DNA of 63,898 bases, the filler included, from Salisapilia sapeloensis CBS 127946 (taxonomy: Eukaryota > Protista > Oomycota), in assembly GCA_023334545.1 (NCBI GenBank). It is 15 parts of 15 records of this genome, joined end to end, with 100 filler letters (N's around TTAATTAATTAA, not from the genome) between each part and the next. Parts side by side here need not be neighbours in the genome. Positions count along the whole stretch, not along the records: positions 7,141 to 33,576 come from JAADVB010000242.1; 14 more parts are not named here. One strand, written 5' to 3'. Both the position numbers and the translations under genes were made by a program. Positions 10,860 to 21,807 of the stretch are shown here, one piece after another. Positions within the stretch are counted from its first letter, which is position 1; the number at the start of each line of letters is the position of its first letter. The notes under the pieces were generated by a model. That model saw only the letters and a list, made by a program, of their open reading frames with translations, searched no databases and was not told where the DNA came from.

Positions 10860-11224
10860 TGCTACGGTCTAGATGATAACGTAGAATGAAGGAAATGTAC
10901 ACCTTTGTTCATCGACTTGCACACTTCTTTTTTCACTATTATTTCATTAGTTTATATCATTTATTACTAAGCGCTAACATGGAAGCAGAGTGGTGATACT
11001 TCATCACTCTGCATGCCTTCATAGCAATCTTTTGGATCACTTAATCGCCATGCTTCTACTTAATTACGTGATATAAAGAAGGATAACGCAAGAGGAGGAT
11101 GAGGCAAATATAAAATAGTATATCGCCTCCGTATCGTGCACAAGACATCGTTAGGCCAAAATTCCTTCGTTACGCTTGGTTCGAAAGATATAATCAAAGT
11201 AAAATGTGTAAACAACAACTCCCT

Positions 11225-14200
11225 CTAGACTGACACTTCATGTGTTGAAGGGTGTCCGTCATCTGTGTCTACGTCGCTTATCGATCCCTCGGACCGTTCG
11301 TCTTCCTGGATAGACGACGCTCGACTCCAGATGACCGATGCACCAGTCGACGCGCCAGTTGATCGACCACCAAGCAGCTCATCCGTATTAGCAGTGCCTC
11401 GATCCACAGACGGCTGACCAAGGTACGCGGCCGCGATTTCGCTACCTTCAGATGTCGATGCAGACGGGAAGCGGAAGACCGAGTCACCTCCGGAAGACCG
11501 TGCAAAACTGTCATTCGTCGATCGCGGTTGCATCTCGACAAACGGAGCGGATGAAGAGCTCGAGCGGGGTGCACTAGGTGTCTGGATGTCCAAAAAGTCA
11601 GTGCCAGAACTTAGTCCAGACGCGCTCGAGCTAGACGACATGCCTTCATAGCCCTTGTTGATAGCATCCTGATCCAGCAACCCCATGCCACCGTATGAAG
11701 TACTGTTCACAAAGCTATTTCCCTTGCCTACACCCTGTACACTGTCTCCAGTGAAGTCATCGTCATCACCAGACTCGAGAGACGACTCTGGGTACGACGC
11801 ATAAGCAGGCATGAACGCCTGAGATCCCGTAAGCAACGAATCACTGTATCGGCCGTCAGCATTAACGCGTGGCTGCTGCTGTCCAACGGCAGCGGCTGCG
11901 AGGAACTCACTGTCATCTAGTGCAGGATCCTGTGGCGTTGCTCCTCTGCCTGAAGCCCAGAATCCAGTACCACCAGTGTTCGCTCGGCCACTTCGGAAGA
12001 GCGAAGTCACACGGTTACGGTTGAAGTACTCATCAGCAGCACGTTGATGTGAACTGTCGCGAGTGACACTCGAGCCTCTCTTCTGTTGCGTATGATGCCG
12101 GATGAAGAGCACGGAAGCAAGGACAATGCCGACGACACCAACAATGAGCAGCGTGAGACTCCACCCCTGCAGCTTCTTGCTACTTTCAGCAGTTGTGCTA
12201 CTACGACGAATTCCAGTGGCTGAGCCACTTTTATCACTTCCATTGCCCTCATAAATGTCTGTGCCGTCATCTGAATCCGTGATCGGTGCCAATGAGTCCA
12301 GGTTCTGATTATCTTTCGTACGTTGCGCATCGTCATTCGCCAGCGTCGAGATGTCCGTCGTGTCATCACTGTCATCCATACCCCATCCAATTTGATCATC
12401 CTTATCGTCATCTTTGTCTTTGTCCTTGTCCTTGTCCTTCTTCCGATGCGGAGGAGCTGTGACAGGGGCAATCGACGGCTCAGGGGCATTATAGTCCGTG
12501 CTGTCGTATGTCTCCTTATCGACACTCTCCTTCCCGTCCGGAGTTTTCGTTGGACGAGGAGCAGCACCATCATCGTTGTCATCCTTGCTGTTGCTAGGCT
12601 TTGCAGGAGGAGCAGTCACTGGTGCAATGATACCTCCATCGTCCTTTGGAGGAGTAGGTAGAGGAGCAGTGGGCGCCGGTGTATCCTTCGCGGTATCATC
12701 GTTAGAAGATCCATCGTCAGCGCCGGGTTTCGACGACGCAGAGCTATCCTTGCCGCCGCTTGGTGTCGGAGAAGACTCGTTCGTGTTACTCGAATCGTCC
12801 TCTCTGCTTGGAGCTGGAGGAGGACTAATCACTGGAGGTAGCATGAAATCAGCGCTTCCATCGTTATTGTCATCGGCAGGAGGCGAAATGTCTGGAACAG
12901 GCTCAGCGTCCGCACTGCCACTACCTGGAGCAGGCGTAATCGTCGGGACATTGGATGCCTCGCTATCGTCATCTTCAGAAACACTCGTGTCAGGCTTCGG
13001 CTCACCGTCCGCACTACCGCTATCCGGAATCGGTCCAATGGGCGGTAGGTAGCCGCCATCGCTATTGTCACCAGCAGGAGCTGTCGTATCAGGCGTTGGC
13101 TCATCGTCACCACTGCCGCTACCGGGGAGCGGGTTCAGAGTGGGCAGATTGTCCGTATTGCTACCGTCACCGGCAGGAGCCGAAGTATCCGGCGTTGGCT
13201 CATCGCCTGCACTGCCGCTACCAGGGATAGGATCAAGAGAAGGTATGTTTTCTGCATTGCTACTATCATCGGCAGGAGGAGTGATATCAGGTATTGGCTC
13301 GCCGTCAGTGCTACCGCTACCTGGCATCGGCTCGACCGTCGGTAGGTTATCCGCGTTGCTATTATCGCTAGCAGGAGCCGAAGTATCCGGAGAAGGCTCA
13401 CTATCAGCGCTACCGCTACCTGGAATAGGATCAAGCGATGGCATGTTATCCGCGTTGCTGCCGTCTCCTGGAGGAGCCGTCGTATCGGATGTTGGCTCAT
13501 CGCCAGTGCTGCCACTGCCCGGCACCGGTTCGATCGTCGGTTGGTTATCCACGTTGCTACCGTCGGTGGCAGGAGCTGAAGTTTCCGAGGAAGGCTCGTT
13601 ACCGGTACTGCCACTGCCTGGAATAGGGTCGAGCGACGGGATGTTGTCCGTACTGCCGCTGTCGCCAGGAGGAGCTGTAGTATCCGGAGAAGGCTCATCA
13701 CTGGCACTTTGGCTACCAGGATTCGGTGCAACTGTCGCACTACCTTCCTCATTGCTATTGTCACTGGCTGGAGCGCTGGTATCCTGAGAAGGCTCATTAT
13801 CAGCGTTATCACTTCCAGGTACCGGTTCGATCGTCGGTAGGTTCTCCGCGTTGCTGCTGTCACTAGCAGGAGACGTAGTCACAGGAGTCGTTTCGTCATC
13901 ACCATTGCCATCGTCTGGAATCGGTGCAGGCGTCTGTGCGCTATCGCCGTCGCCATTGTCACCAGAAGGAGCATTCGAATTGGGTGTAGTTTCATCAGCA
14001 GCGCTACCACTACCCGAATTCGGTCCAAGTGTCGGCATGATAGTCACTTCGCCGTTGTCACCGGAAGACGACGAAGGCTCATTGCCGCCATTGCTACTAC
14101 CAGGATTTGGCGAAACCGTCACATCATCATTCCCCCCACTACCGTTGGCCGAGGGAGTTGTCGTATCCGATGTAGACTCACCGTCTGCACTGCTACTACC

Positions 14201-16174
14201 GGTATCAGGTTCTATCGTTGGCGCGTCACTCACATCGCTACTAGCACTGGAAGGAGCGGTCGTATCGGGTACAGGCACATTGTCTGTGATATCATTGCTT
14301 GAACTTGTAGATGACTGCGAGACATCCCCGTCATCGTCGAATGCCGGAACGGTCGTCGTGGGACTAGGCGCACTTGTCTCCGGGGTAGGAGACGTAGTCG
14401 TGGGCACAGGTACAGTCGTCTCTGGAGTAGGAGCCGTGGTCGTGGGACTTGGGGCAGTAGTCTCCGGGGAAGGCTCAATCTCTGGAATGCCACTACCCGA
14501 ATCGGATGAGAACGATAACGACGCATCCTCCTCGTCATCATCGAATGCAGGAGCAGTCGTCTCTGGAGTAGGAGACGTGGTCGTAGGGCTTGGTGCAGTC
14601 GTCTCCGGGATAGGCTCAACCTCTGGATTTCCACTGCTTGAGCTAGACGAGAATGAAGGCCCAGTATCCTGACCATCTTCGAATGCAGGAGCAGTTGTCG
14701 TTGGACTAGGTGCAAATGTCTCTGGCGTAGGAGTGGTCGTCGTTGGACTCGGTGCGAAGGTCTCTGGCGCAGGAGCAGTGGTGGTGGGACTAGGTGGAGA
14801 TATCTCCGGTGTAGGCTCAACCTCTGGGTTTCCACTTTCGGAGTTAGATGAGAATGTAGGCTCGTTATCCTGGTCGTCATCAAATGTAGGGGCGATCGTC
14901 GTGGGACTCGGTGCAGTCGTTTCTGGGGTTGGATCAATCACAGGATTTCGACTGCCTGAATCGGACGAAAACGACTGCGATGCACCGTCTTCGTCATCGA
15001 ATGAAGGTGCAGCCGTCTCCGGCGTAGGCTCCACCTCAGGATTCTCACTGCCCGAATTCGATGAGAACGGCTGCGGTTCGTCTCCACCGTCATCGAATGT
15101 AGGAGCAGTCGTCGTAGGACTAGGCGCAAATGTCTCGGGAGTAGGTGCAGTCGTCGTCGGACTTGGTGCAAACGTCTCGGGAGCAGGAGCAGTCGTCGTC
15201 GGACTAGGTGCAGTTGTTTCCGGGAAAGGACCAATGTCCGAGCTTCCACTAGCTGAACTCGGAGCAAAGGCCGGCTCATCATTTCCACCATCGTCAAACG
15301 CAGGAGCATTCGTCTCTGGCGTAGATTCAAACGCTGAATTTCCATTGTCCGAACCGGATGAAAATGTAGGTTCAGTATCTTCACCGTCATCATAAGTAGG
15401 AGCAGTCGTCTCCGGCGCAGGAGAAAACGTCTCGGGACTGGGTGCCGTCGTCTCGGGAGCCGGCTCAAATGGCGGATTCTCATTGTCCGAACTCGGTGCG
15501 AATGGAGGCTCAGTATTCTGACCGTCATCGAACGCAGGGGCCGTTGTCTCCGGCGCAGGAGCAAATGTCTCTGGAGCAGGAGCAGTAGTCTCGGGACTAG
15601 GTGCCGTCGTCTCTGGAGTTGGCTCAAACGGTGGATTCCCATCGCCTGAACTTGGTGTGAATGGGTCCGGGGTATCCCCACCGTTGTCAAACGCAGGAGC
15701 AGCGGTCTCTAGAGCAGGATCCGTGGTGGTGGGTGCAAACGTCTCTGGAGTCGGTGCGGTCGTCTCCGGAGAAGGCTCAATCGGTGGATTCCCACCATCA
15801 TATATGTCGGCAGGAGCAGTGGTCTCTGGAGTATTCGTTTCTGGTTGATTGCCATCGTCTACTGGGTCGTCTTGCGGGAATACATTTCCGGCCTGATCGT
15901 TTGTTGTGTCCGTTCCACCTGTTGGTCCATCGTTGTTGAACGCATCGTTTGGTGGTGGTGCTTCTGTAGGAGGCTCTGGAGGAGGTGTTTCTTCCGGAAG
16001 TGGCTCTGGTGAATTATCTACCGGTGGCAATGCATTCGCTTCTGTATCGTCCGCCATGCCATTCGTGGAAGACTGCGCCTCGGTTAGCATACCTCCCAAC
16101 ATGGCCCACATGAACGTCACGAACAAAACAGAAAGCAGCTTCCGTCTTCGTCCTGCATGCCTCACAGTCTCCAT
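11225..16174 (-). CDS. Mucin-like type I membrane protein (1649 aa)
   Basis: N-terminal hydrophobic signal, long S/T/P/D/E repeats, single TM (LTLLIVGVVGIVLASVLFI), then a Ser-rich cytosolic tail. Confidence 0.85.
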   Translation of the reverse strand: METVRHAGRRRKLLSVLFVTFMWAMLGGMLTEAQSSTNGMADDTEANALPPVDNSPEPLPEETPPPEPPTEAPPPNDAFNNDGPTGGTDTTNDQAGNVFPQDDPVDDGNQPETNTPETTAPADIYDGGNPPIEPSPETTAPTPETFAPTTTDPALETAAPAFDNGGDTPDPFTPSSGDGNPPFEPTPETTAPSPETTAPAPETFAPAPETTAPAFDDGQNTEPPFAPSSDNENPPFEPAPETTAPSPETFSPAPETTAPTYDDGEDTEPTFSSGSDNGNSAFESTPETNAPAFDDGGNDEPAFAPSSASGSSDIGPFPETTAPSPTTTAPAPETFAPSPTTTAPTPETFAPSPTTTAPTFDDGGDEPQPFSSNSGSENPEVEPTPETAAPSFDDEDGASQSFSSDSGSRNPVIDPTPETTAPSPTTIAPTFDDDQDNEPTFSSNSESGNPEVEPTPEISPPSPTTTAPAPETFAPSPTTTTPTPETFAPSPTTTAPAFEDGQDTGPSFSSSSSSGNPEVEPIPETTAPSPTTTSPTPETTAPAFDDDEEDASLSFSSDSGSGIPEIEPSPETTAPSPTTTAPTPETTVPVPTTTSPTPETSAPSPTTTVPAFDDDGDVSQSSTSSSNDITDNVPVPDTTAPSSASSDVSDAPTIEPDTGSSSADGESTSDTTTPSANGSGGNDDVTVSPNPGSSNGGNEPSSSSGDNGEVTIMPTLGPNSGSGSAADETTPNSNAPSGDNGDGDSAQTPAPIPDDGNGDDETTPVTTSPASDSSNAENLPTIEPVPGSDNADNEPSQDTSAPASDNSNEEGSATVAPNPGSQSASDEPSPDTTAPPGDSGSTDNIPSLDPIPGSGSTGNEPSSETSAPATDGSNVDNQPTIEPVPGSGSTGDEPTSDTTAPPGDGSNADNMPSLDPIPGSGSADSEPSPDTSAPASDNSNADNLPTVEPMPGSGSTDGEPIPDITPPADDSSNAENIPSLDPIPGSGSAGDEPTPDTSAPAGDGSNTDNLPTLNPLPGSGSGDDEPTPDTTAPAGDNSDGGYLPPIGPIPDSGSADGEPKPDTSVSEDDDSEASNVPTITPAPGSGSADAEPVPDISPPADDNNDGSADFMLPPVISPPPAPSREDDSSNTNESSPTPSGGKDSSASSKPGADDGSSNDDTAKDTPAPTAPLPTPPKDDGGIIAPVTAPPAKPSNSKDDNDDGAAPRPTKTPDGKESVDKETYDSTDYNAPEPSIAPVTAPPHRKKDKDKDKDKDDDKDDQIGWGMDDSDDTTDISTLANDDAQRTKDNQNLDSLAPITDSDDGTDIYEGNGSDKSGSATGIRRSSTTAESSKKLQGWSLTLLIVGVVGIVLASVLFIRHHTQQKRGSSVTRDSSHQRAADEYFNRNRVTSLFRSGRANTGGTGFWASGRGATPQDPALDDSEFLAAAAVGQQQPRVNADGRYSDSLLTGSQAFMPAYASYPESSLESGDDDDFTGDSVQGVGKGNSFVNSTSYGGMGLLDQDAINKGYEGMSSSSSASGLSSGTDFLDIQTPSAPRSSSSSAPFVEMQPRSTNDSFARSSGGDSVFRFPSASTSEGSEIAAAYLGQPSVDRGTANTDELLGGRSTGASTGASVIWSRASSIQEDERSEGSISDVDTDDGHPSTHEVSV
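12900..15800 (-). repeat. Coding tandem repeats in the mucin
   Basis: PETTAP/PTTTAP units ending in (P)AFDD, then ~33-aa units PTIEPVPGSGSxxxEPxxDTxAPxxDxSNxDN; boundaries approximate. Confidence 0.85.
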
Positions 16175-16670
16175 ACTACTGTAAGTTGTTCAAGTGTACT
16201 ATCACGCTTCCTAATTGACGTTGTTGCTCGGAAATACCTCTCGGTATGGTGGCTGAACTGGTCTTGGGATCAAACAAATGGTTCTCCACCTAGGTACGTC
16301 ATATTAGACCTGATAAGAGCAGTATGAAAAACAGAACGAATACTTCTCCGCCGTGGAAATATAGTGCTTTATGTCCTTTGGCCACGTTTAGTGCTTGAAA
16401 TGCGTGCGACGTAGGACAAGAAGGAAGTCAGCGAGCGTGCCTCTGCTGTAGTGTAGCTGGTCTCCTATCCTATAAATTAAACTTAATCTTTGTATGCACA
16501 TTTACAATGCCGCGACAGGGCAATTACGGTGTACCAGATGGTTTTAGAGCAATCTTCAAAAAGCGTTGCGAGAGTCTCCACTAGCAGACAGCTATTGCGG
16601 TAGTCGCACGAACAAACAAGTACGGAAGATGATACCAAGACAACACAAAACTCATTTTGCTCTTTTGAAC

Positions 16671-17401
16671 TTACATACGAAACTTGCTCACCATATACTC
16701 GGTGCACTCTTTGCACCACATGTACACGATTACCACGCCATCCGTAAAATACGCCCAAACCAGCAAGCAAATTCCAGCAATAAAGCTGCATCCACGCACA
16801 AACTGAGCCTTGGCATCCTTGTGCTTTTTATATGACTTCACCGTGCTTTCTAGATCCGAGACTTTTGCCTGCAAATCCCGCACTTGGGCTGCCAATAGCT
16901 CCACTTCCGTCAGCTCCAATTTTTCCAGCAAGATCGGAAAGCTCGGGCGCCACGAGCAGCCATTCATGCTCAGTTGGAAGCTCATGGTTAGTAGAAGATT
17001 GCCGCTATCGTTTGGAGCGAGTGTCGCTTCACATTCGCCATTTTTCTTTTCCTCAGAGAGGTTTTTTAGTCCAGTCTACACAGCATTAATAACCGATTCT
17101 AGAGGAGATTAACTAAAGTCCGTACCGCAATTAGATTCATCAGCGTTGGAGTATCCATGCCCATATTCTTAAGCATGCTATCTTCTTTGCTAACCTTGTA
17201 CGACCTGATAATCAGAAATGAGAAGCAGCTCTATGCTAGCAATACGACCGTGCCTTACCACTGCTCTTTCGATCTGGCATCTTCGAACCAGATACGATCG
17301 TCGTGGACAATAAAGTTAAACGTTCCGTAGCCGGCATTCATCCGGCCTGCGCTTAACTCGGGGTAGTGACTAACACATTTAGTAGTCGATTTCGTAGGCA
17401 T
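16671..17401 (-). CDS. Three-exon protein: beta-rich head, coiled coil, C-terminal TM (paralog of 30760-31762)
   Basis: Introns 17205-17258 (splits the W codon) and 17076-17125 give RIWFEDARSKEQW-SYKVS...LEKLELTEVELLAAQVRDLQ; INR-like GCTCATTTCCGAAGTT upstream. Confidence 0.65.
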
Positions 17402-17632
17402 GCTGAAACGTGTAGATTCGAGCTTTCCAGGCACTTGTGTTTCTCGAAGCAACTTCGGAAATGAGCCTTCATCGGACAAATATCTTTGAGGGCATATATC
17501 GTTGCTGGACAAATTTTTCTTTAGGCCGTTTACATCAATCGGAACGAAATTATAGAAATGGCTGAAGAAAAATATTGTAAACGAACGAGTATAATCTCCT
17601 TTATGGTTATCCTTCTAGTCTTTTCCATTTCT

Positions 17633-20026
17633 TCATTCATAGTCTGCAAAGGATTGGCAAGAGTAGAACTTTTCCGTGATTTTACTGTGGAAGTGGGGCA
17701 CGCCACAGATCTTATCACCGTTGTACGCTTGCTTTCGCAACGAAATGCAACGTGTATGACCTTTTGGCTTGAAGTTCGCTCGGAACGTTTCCGAGTAGTC
17801 TTCAAGACCACCCAAGCACATTTCTTTGTAGGCACAAGTCATCATTTCCATTTGCTCTCCAGCAGCTTTGTCATTGAATCCTGTGAGTTTCGACACCGCG
17901 TTCAATGCCATCGTCCATCTCGCCATAACTTCCTCGGCATCCGATCGTTCGTTCTTGACAATAGGTAGGAGAGAGACACCACTCTCGTACTGTGATAATT
18001 GCACCTCTTGCATATCTGCTGCCAAGTCTACGGTGCCACTGTTGCTCAATGCATCTTTGCATTTCGAGTACATCAGTGCCAATCCACCGGACATTTCGTA
18101 GACGTAGCTATAATCGCCCAAGTCCTTTGCATCGACATACTCGGCGTATGTGCGAGGCAGGCCTTTAAAGAACTCATGGAGCTCGTGGGTCGCATCATCG
18201 ATCACATGGATATACTCGTTTCTCCCGCCTTGTTCACCCATTGTGATTCGATCAGTTGCTTGGAACTGACCTGACGTACGGCGGGAGCAGTCTCTCCAGA
18301 ACCTCGTATCTGTCTGCTTTTCCTTGAGCGTCATGATTTTCTCGCCTCCATTCTGACATTTAAGGTAGATGGTCTGCAATAAATCCGTGATTCCATGATG
18401 GGCATAGAAGAGTGGGTCTATCGGAGCAATCAAATATGCCATCGCTCCATCCATTACACTATGCATGACATTATGCATGCCTTGCTCCACCGCGGACGTG
18501 AACTCAACATGGTCATCGGAGGAAAACACTTGCTCATAGACAGATGAGAGGAAAGCAGACGCAGGATATCTCTTGCGATGAGCATTGCCTCTCGGAATGC
18601 AGTTGACACACTCATTTTCACTACCACAAACATGTCCTGCAACACCCTCGGTAATGCAAGTGTACTCTCTTCTTGCCGGGAGCGTAGTACCATCCACTGT
18701 GAACGATACGCTCTTCCCAACCCGTGTTCCTCCAAAGTCTTGTACGATCGGAGCACAGTCTTCGATACTTCTGCACTCTCCATGGGCAAATCGAGCTGAA
18801 GCAGCGAGGTGATCCCAATATGGGATTGTAAGGCATTTGTATTTTTCTCCCATGCTTCGAAGCATATTTTCATATCCCAGTAGATACATGCGATGCCAGT
18901 AGATAAATCCACAAGTACGATGAGCTTCACTTTCTGCTAAATACTCTTTATGGAGCTTGGTGAATTTTTCATGATAACCTCTCTCCATTGCCTTTTGGAC
19001 AGCTCCTAGATACGTTGCCTTCTCATTCTCGTCTAGCGCCTCCCATGACTTGCGAACACGTTTTCCAGTGCATCCAAAAGCGTCGGTCGGTTCTGGTGCT
19101 GGACTAGTCTCATCAGGCTTTGCAGTTTCCACAGGCTCATTCGACGCGTCTTCCGGTGGTACGCTTTCATCAGTTGTAGTGTCATTTTCTTCCTCATCTT
19201 CCGGCTCGGACACTGTCGGAGATGGCTCTGTACTGGTAGGCACAGCCTCTTCATCTTCTTTTGGTGGTACACTTCCATCCGGTGTAGATTCACTTTCTTC
19301 ATCATCTACAGGCTCGGACACTGTTGGCGATGGCTCAGTGCTGGTAGGTACTAAATCACCCTCCTCTTCTGGTGGTACGCTTCCATCAGGCGTAGTATCA
19401 TTTTCATCTTCATCTTCATCTCCGTCATCGTCTCCATTACCTTCATTTATCGGCTCAGGTGTTGTCGGAGATGGCTCTGTACTGGAAGGCACAGAGCCAT
19501 CTTCTTCTTCTGACTGACCCGTCGTGTCTTGTGGTGGTATGCTTTCATCAGATGTAGTCTCATTCTCTTCGTCTTCATCATCCCCATTGTTCTCATCTAC
19601 CGGCTCAGACGTCGGTGTTATCGGCGATGGTTCCGTGCTGAGCGAGTTAGACTCTTCTTCAGACACATCCTCTTCGGCGTCTGCTGAATCCTTTGGTAAC
19701 TCAGAGTCATCGTTGGTGATGGCATCCGATCCATCGTCAGCGACATCGTCACTTTCATCCGTCGATACTTCATCAACACTATCGCCGTACGCAGGTGAAG
19801 CAACCACATCCTCACTGTCGTAACCTGGGCTGGGAGAGTCCAGATCCGAAGAGTCTTCACTGTCTTCACTGTCATGAGGCAGGTGCAAGTGATCCGCGAG
19901 GTGTCCATACTTGCGCTGGAGACACTTTTTTAACCCTTCTTCAGCACAATGGCGTGTAGTGTTGCCTTCGTGTGCCTCAGACGCAACTAAGCAGAGTAGA
20001 AGAGTCGTTACCAGTAGTACCTTCAT
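17633..20026 (-). CDS. Secreted tyrosinase with long acidic repeat linker
   Basis: Signal MKVLLVTTLLLCLVASEA; CuA KLH...AHRTCGFIYWHR; CuB MHNVMH...DPLFYAHH. Confidence 0.9.
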   Translation of the reverse strand: MKVLLVTTLLLCLVASEAHEGNTTRHCAEEGLKKCLQRKYGHLADHLHLPHDSEDSEDSSDLDSPSPGYDSEDVVASPAYGDSVDEVSTDESDDVADDGSDAITNDDSELPKDSADAEEDVSEEESNSLSTEPSPITPTSEPVDENNGDDEDEENETTSDESIPPQDTTGQSEEEDGSVPSSTEPSPTTPEPINEGNGDDDGDEDEDENDTTPDGSVPPEEEGDLVPTSTEPSPTVSEPVDDEESESTPDGSVPPKEDEEAVPTSTEPSPTVSEPEDEEENDTTTDESVPPEDASNEPVETAKPDETSPAPEPTDAFGCTGKRVRKSWEALDENEKATYLGAVQKAMERGYHEKFTKLHKEYLAESEAHRTCGFIYWHRMYLLGYENMLRSMGEKYKCLTIPYWDHLAASARFAHGECRSIEDCAPIVQDFGGTRVGKSVSFTVDGTTLPARREYTCITEGVAGHVCGSENECVNCIPRGNAHRKRYPASAFLSSVYEQVFSSDDHVEFTSAVEQGMHNVMHSVMDGAMAYLIAPIDPLFYAHHGITDLLQTIYLKCQNGGEKIMTLKEKQTDTRFWRDCSRRTSGQFQATDRITMGEQGGRNEYIHVIDDATHELHEFFKGLPRTYAEYVDAKDLGDYSYVYEMSGGLALMYSKCKDALSNSGTVDLAADMQEVQLSQYESGVSLLPIVKNERSDAEEVMARWTMALNAVSKLTGFNDKAAGEQMEMMTCAYKEMCLGGLEDYSETFRANFKPKGHTRCISLRKQAYNGDKICGVPHFHSKITEKFYSCQSFADYE

Positions 20027-20046
20027 CCTTCCCAGTCGTCGGCAAA

Positions 20047-20062
20047 GCAAGTTGGAAAATGA
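20047..20062 (-). promoter_or_regulatory. INR/FPR core promoter of tyrosinase
   Basis: TCATTTTCCAACTTGC just upstream of ATG 20026, supporting this start over 20200. Confidence 0.6.
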
Positions 20063-20255
20063 GACTCCGAGACTGCATCCGATTGAAGAGCCATGGAAGC
20101 ACCTTTTGCCACTAGACGACACTGCATCCCACAGACAAAGTAACCGCATCAATGTCCATCGCATATTTAAACATAGAAAATGGCTAAGCGCATGCGCCAA
20201 CAGGTGGAATCATCTCATTCTATCACCTCCCTTACGAAAATGCATATGAACTAGT

Positions 20256-21636
20256 CTATTCCTGTTTCTTGCTACGTTTCTTACTCGCAGTCTTCTTCCC
20301 CTTTGCGGGGGCGGCTTCCACCTTCTTGGACTTCTTTGCAGGCTTCGCCACAACCGGCTCTTCGTTGACCTTGGTAGCCTTCTTCGCCTTCTTGGCAGGC
20401 TTCTCAACCTCCTCCTCGTCGGCCTTTGTAGCCTTCTTTGCTGGCTTCGTGACAGCCGTCTCCTCCTTGGTCTTCTTGGCCTTCTTGGCAGGCTTCTCGA
20501 TAAGCACCTCTTCCTTGGCCTTTGTAGCCTTCTTAGCTGGCTTCGTAGCAACCGTCTCCTTGGTCTTCTTCGCCTTCTTGGCCGGCTTCTCGACAGCCGC
20601 CTCTTCCTTGGCCTTCTTCACAGGCTTCTCCACGACGGTCTCTTCCTTTGTCTTCTTGGTTTTCTTAGCAGGCTTGGTCTCCGCTGCCTTCTTGGCAGGC
20701 TTCTCTTCTGCTGCTTTCTTCGCCTTTTTCGTCTTCTTCACAGGCTTGTCATCACTAGAAGGCTCCTCCTCCTCGTCTTCATCGTCCTCTCTCTTTCTTT
20801 TGGAAGTAGAAGACGCTTCATCATCCGATGTCGGTTCAGCCAATGAATTGTATACCGGCAATGCGATCGAGTCCGGCGTTTTAACGTTCACCGACTGGAT
20901 GCCACCCCATTTCTTCGCGACATGTTCCACAGCATTGTTCGTACCAATCATGACATTGTCAACGATCTCATCCACTTCCATGCCAAAGTGTGCCATCTTA
21001 ATGTTCACACAGACACCGGAATTGACATGCATCACAGTCCGACTGTACGCCTTCCGAATCTCATTCGACGGGTTCTTCTTCGACACACGCACGGCGACGG
21101 CCTGTTTCTTCTTGGCGAAGAACTTGGCACCCAAGTAGCCTTTCAAGTACTCGACGATCCGGTCGTCTGCCAAAAAGAGATCGTACGCACCAGCCAAATT
21201 TCGACGATCAGCGAAACGAGCAAACTCCTTGCGTAGCTTCTTAACGGTCATGATTTTCGTCAATCCAGGCACTGGGTCCTCTGCCAACGCCTTTTTAATC
21301 CGGTCCTTATCCGAGTCCTTCACGAATAGACACATCTCGACATCATTGGAGTCTCCACGTAGCGCATGTGGCAAGTCACTATTGCACACACATATACATG
21401 AGCATCTCTATGACTCAATGGAGTTATAAAAATAGTGAAACGTACATTGAAATGGGCTTGACGGAACTTTTGCTCGGGATTTTGCGAAGTGTCAGAATCG
21501 TCGACAGGTACTCAGTCGATTCAATCAAAGGAGCCTTAACAGCTTCATCCTTCTGATTCTCGACCACTTGCTTCAATGCAATCACAGCGCGACGCACTTG
21601 AGCTTTATCCATCGGGTTACTCTTCTTCACAGCCAT
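20256..21636 (-). CDS. RSL1D1: Ribosomal L1 domain-containing protein (RSL1D1/Cic1-like) with Lys-rich repeat tail
   Basis: VRRAVIALK...IDLPH..., CLFVKD, YDLFLADDRI, KTPDSIALPVY; one intron near 21381-21443; C-terminal KPAKK repeats. Confidence 0.88.
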
Positions 21637-21807
21637 CCTTCTTGTACTAGTGCCAGAATACCAACTCGAGGTCTGTTGGCTGTCCTCGATCGACGTATCG
21701 CGACCTATCATTGGCTAGAATTCAAATTGTACACATATGATTGGATTAAATAATCTGACGTCAGCAGGATCGGACACCAGAAGCATTCGAGTGATACAGA
21801 GGTAGAC

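Noticed and set aside
11278-16184. Numerous overlapping ORFs on other frames of the mucin (also over GH32, LEA, tyrosinase and RSL1D1)
   Set aside because: Shadow ORFs produced by repetitive or biased codon usage; no independent motifs
17633-20200. Upstream in-frame starts in the ORF track (20200, 9451, 28261, 10407, 51262)
   Set aside because: Downstream ATGs give clean signal peptides or family N-termini, and in several cases an INR-like element lies inside the putative extension
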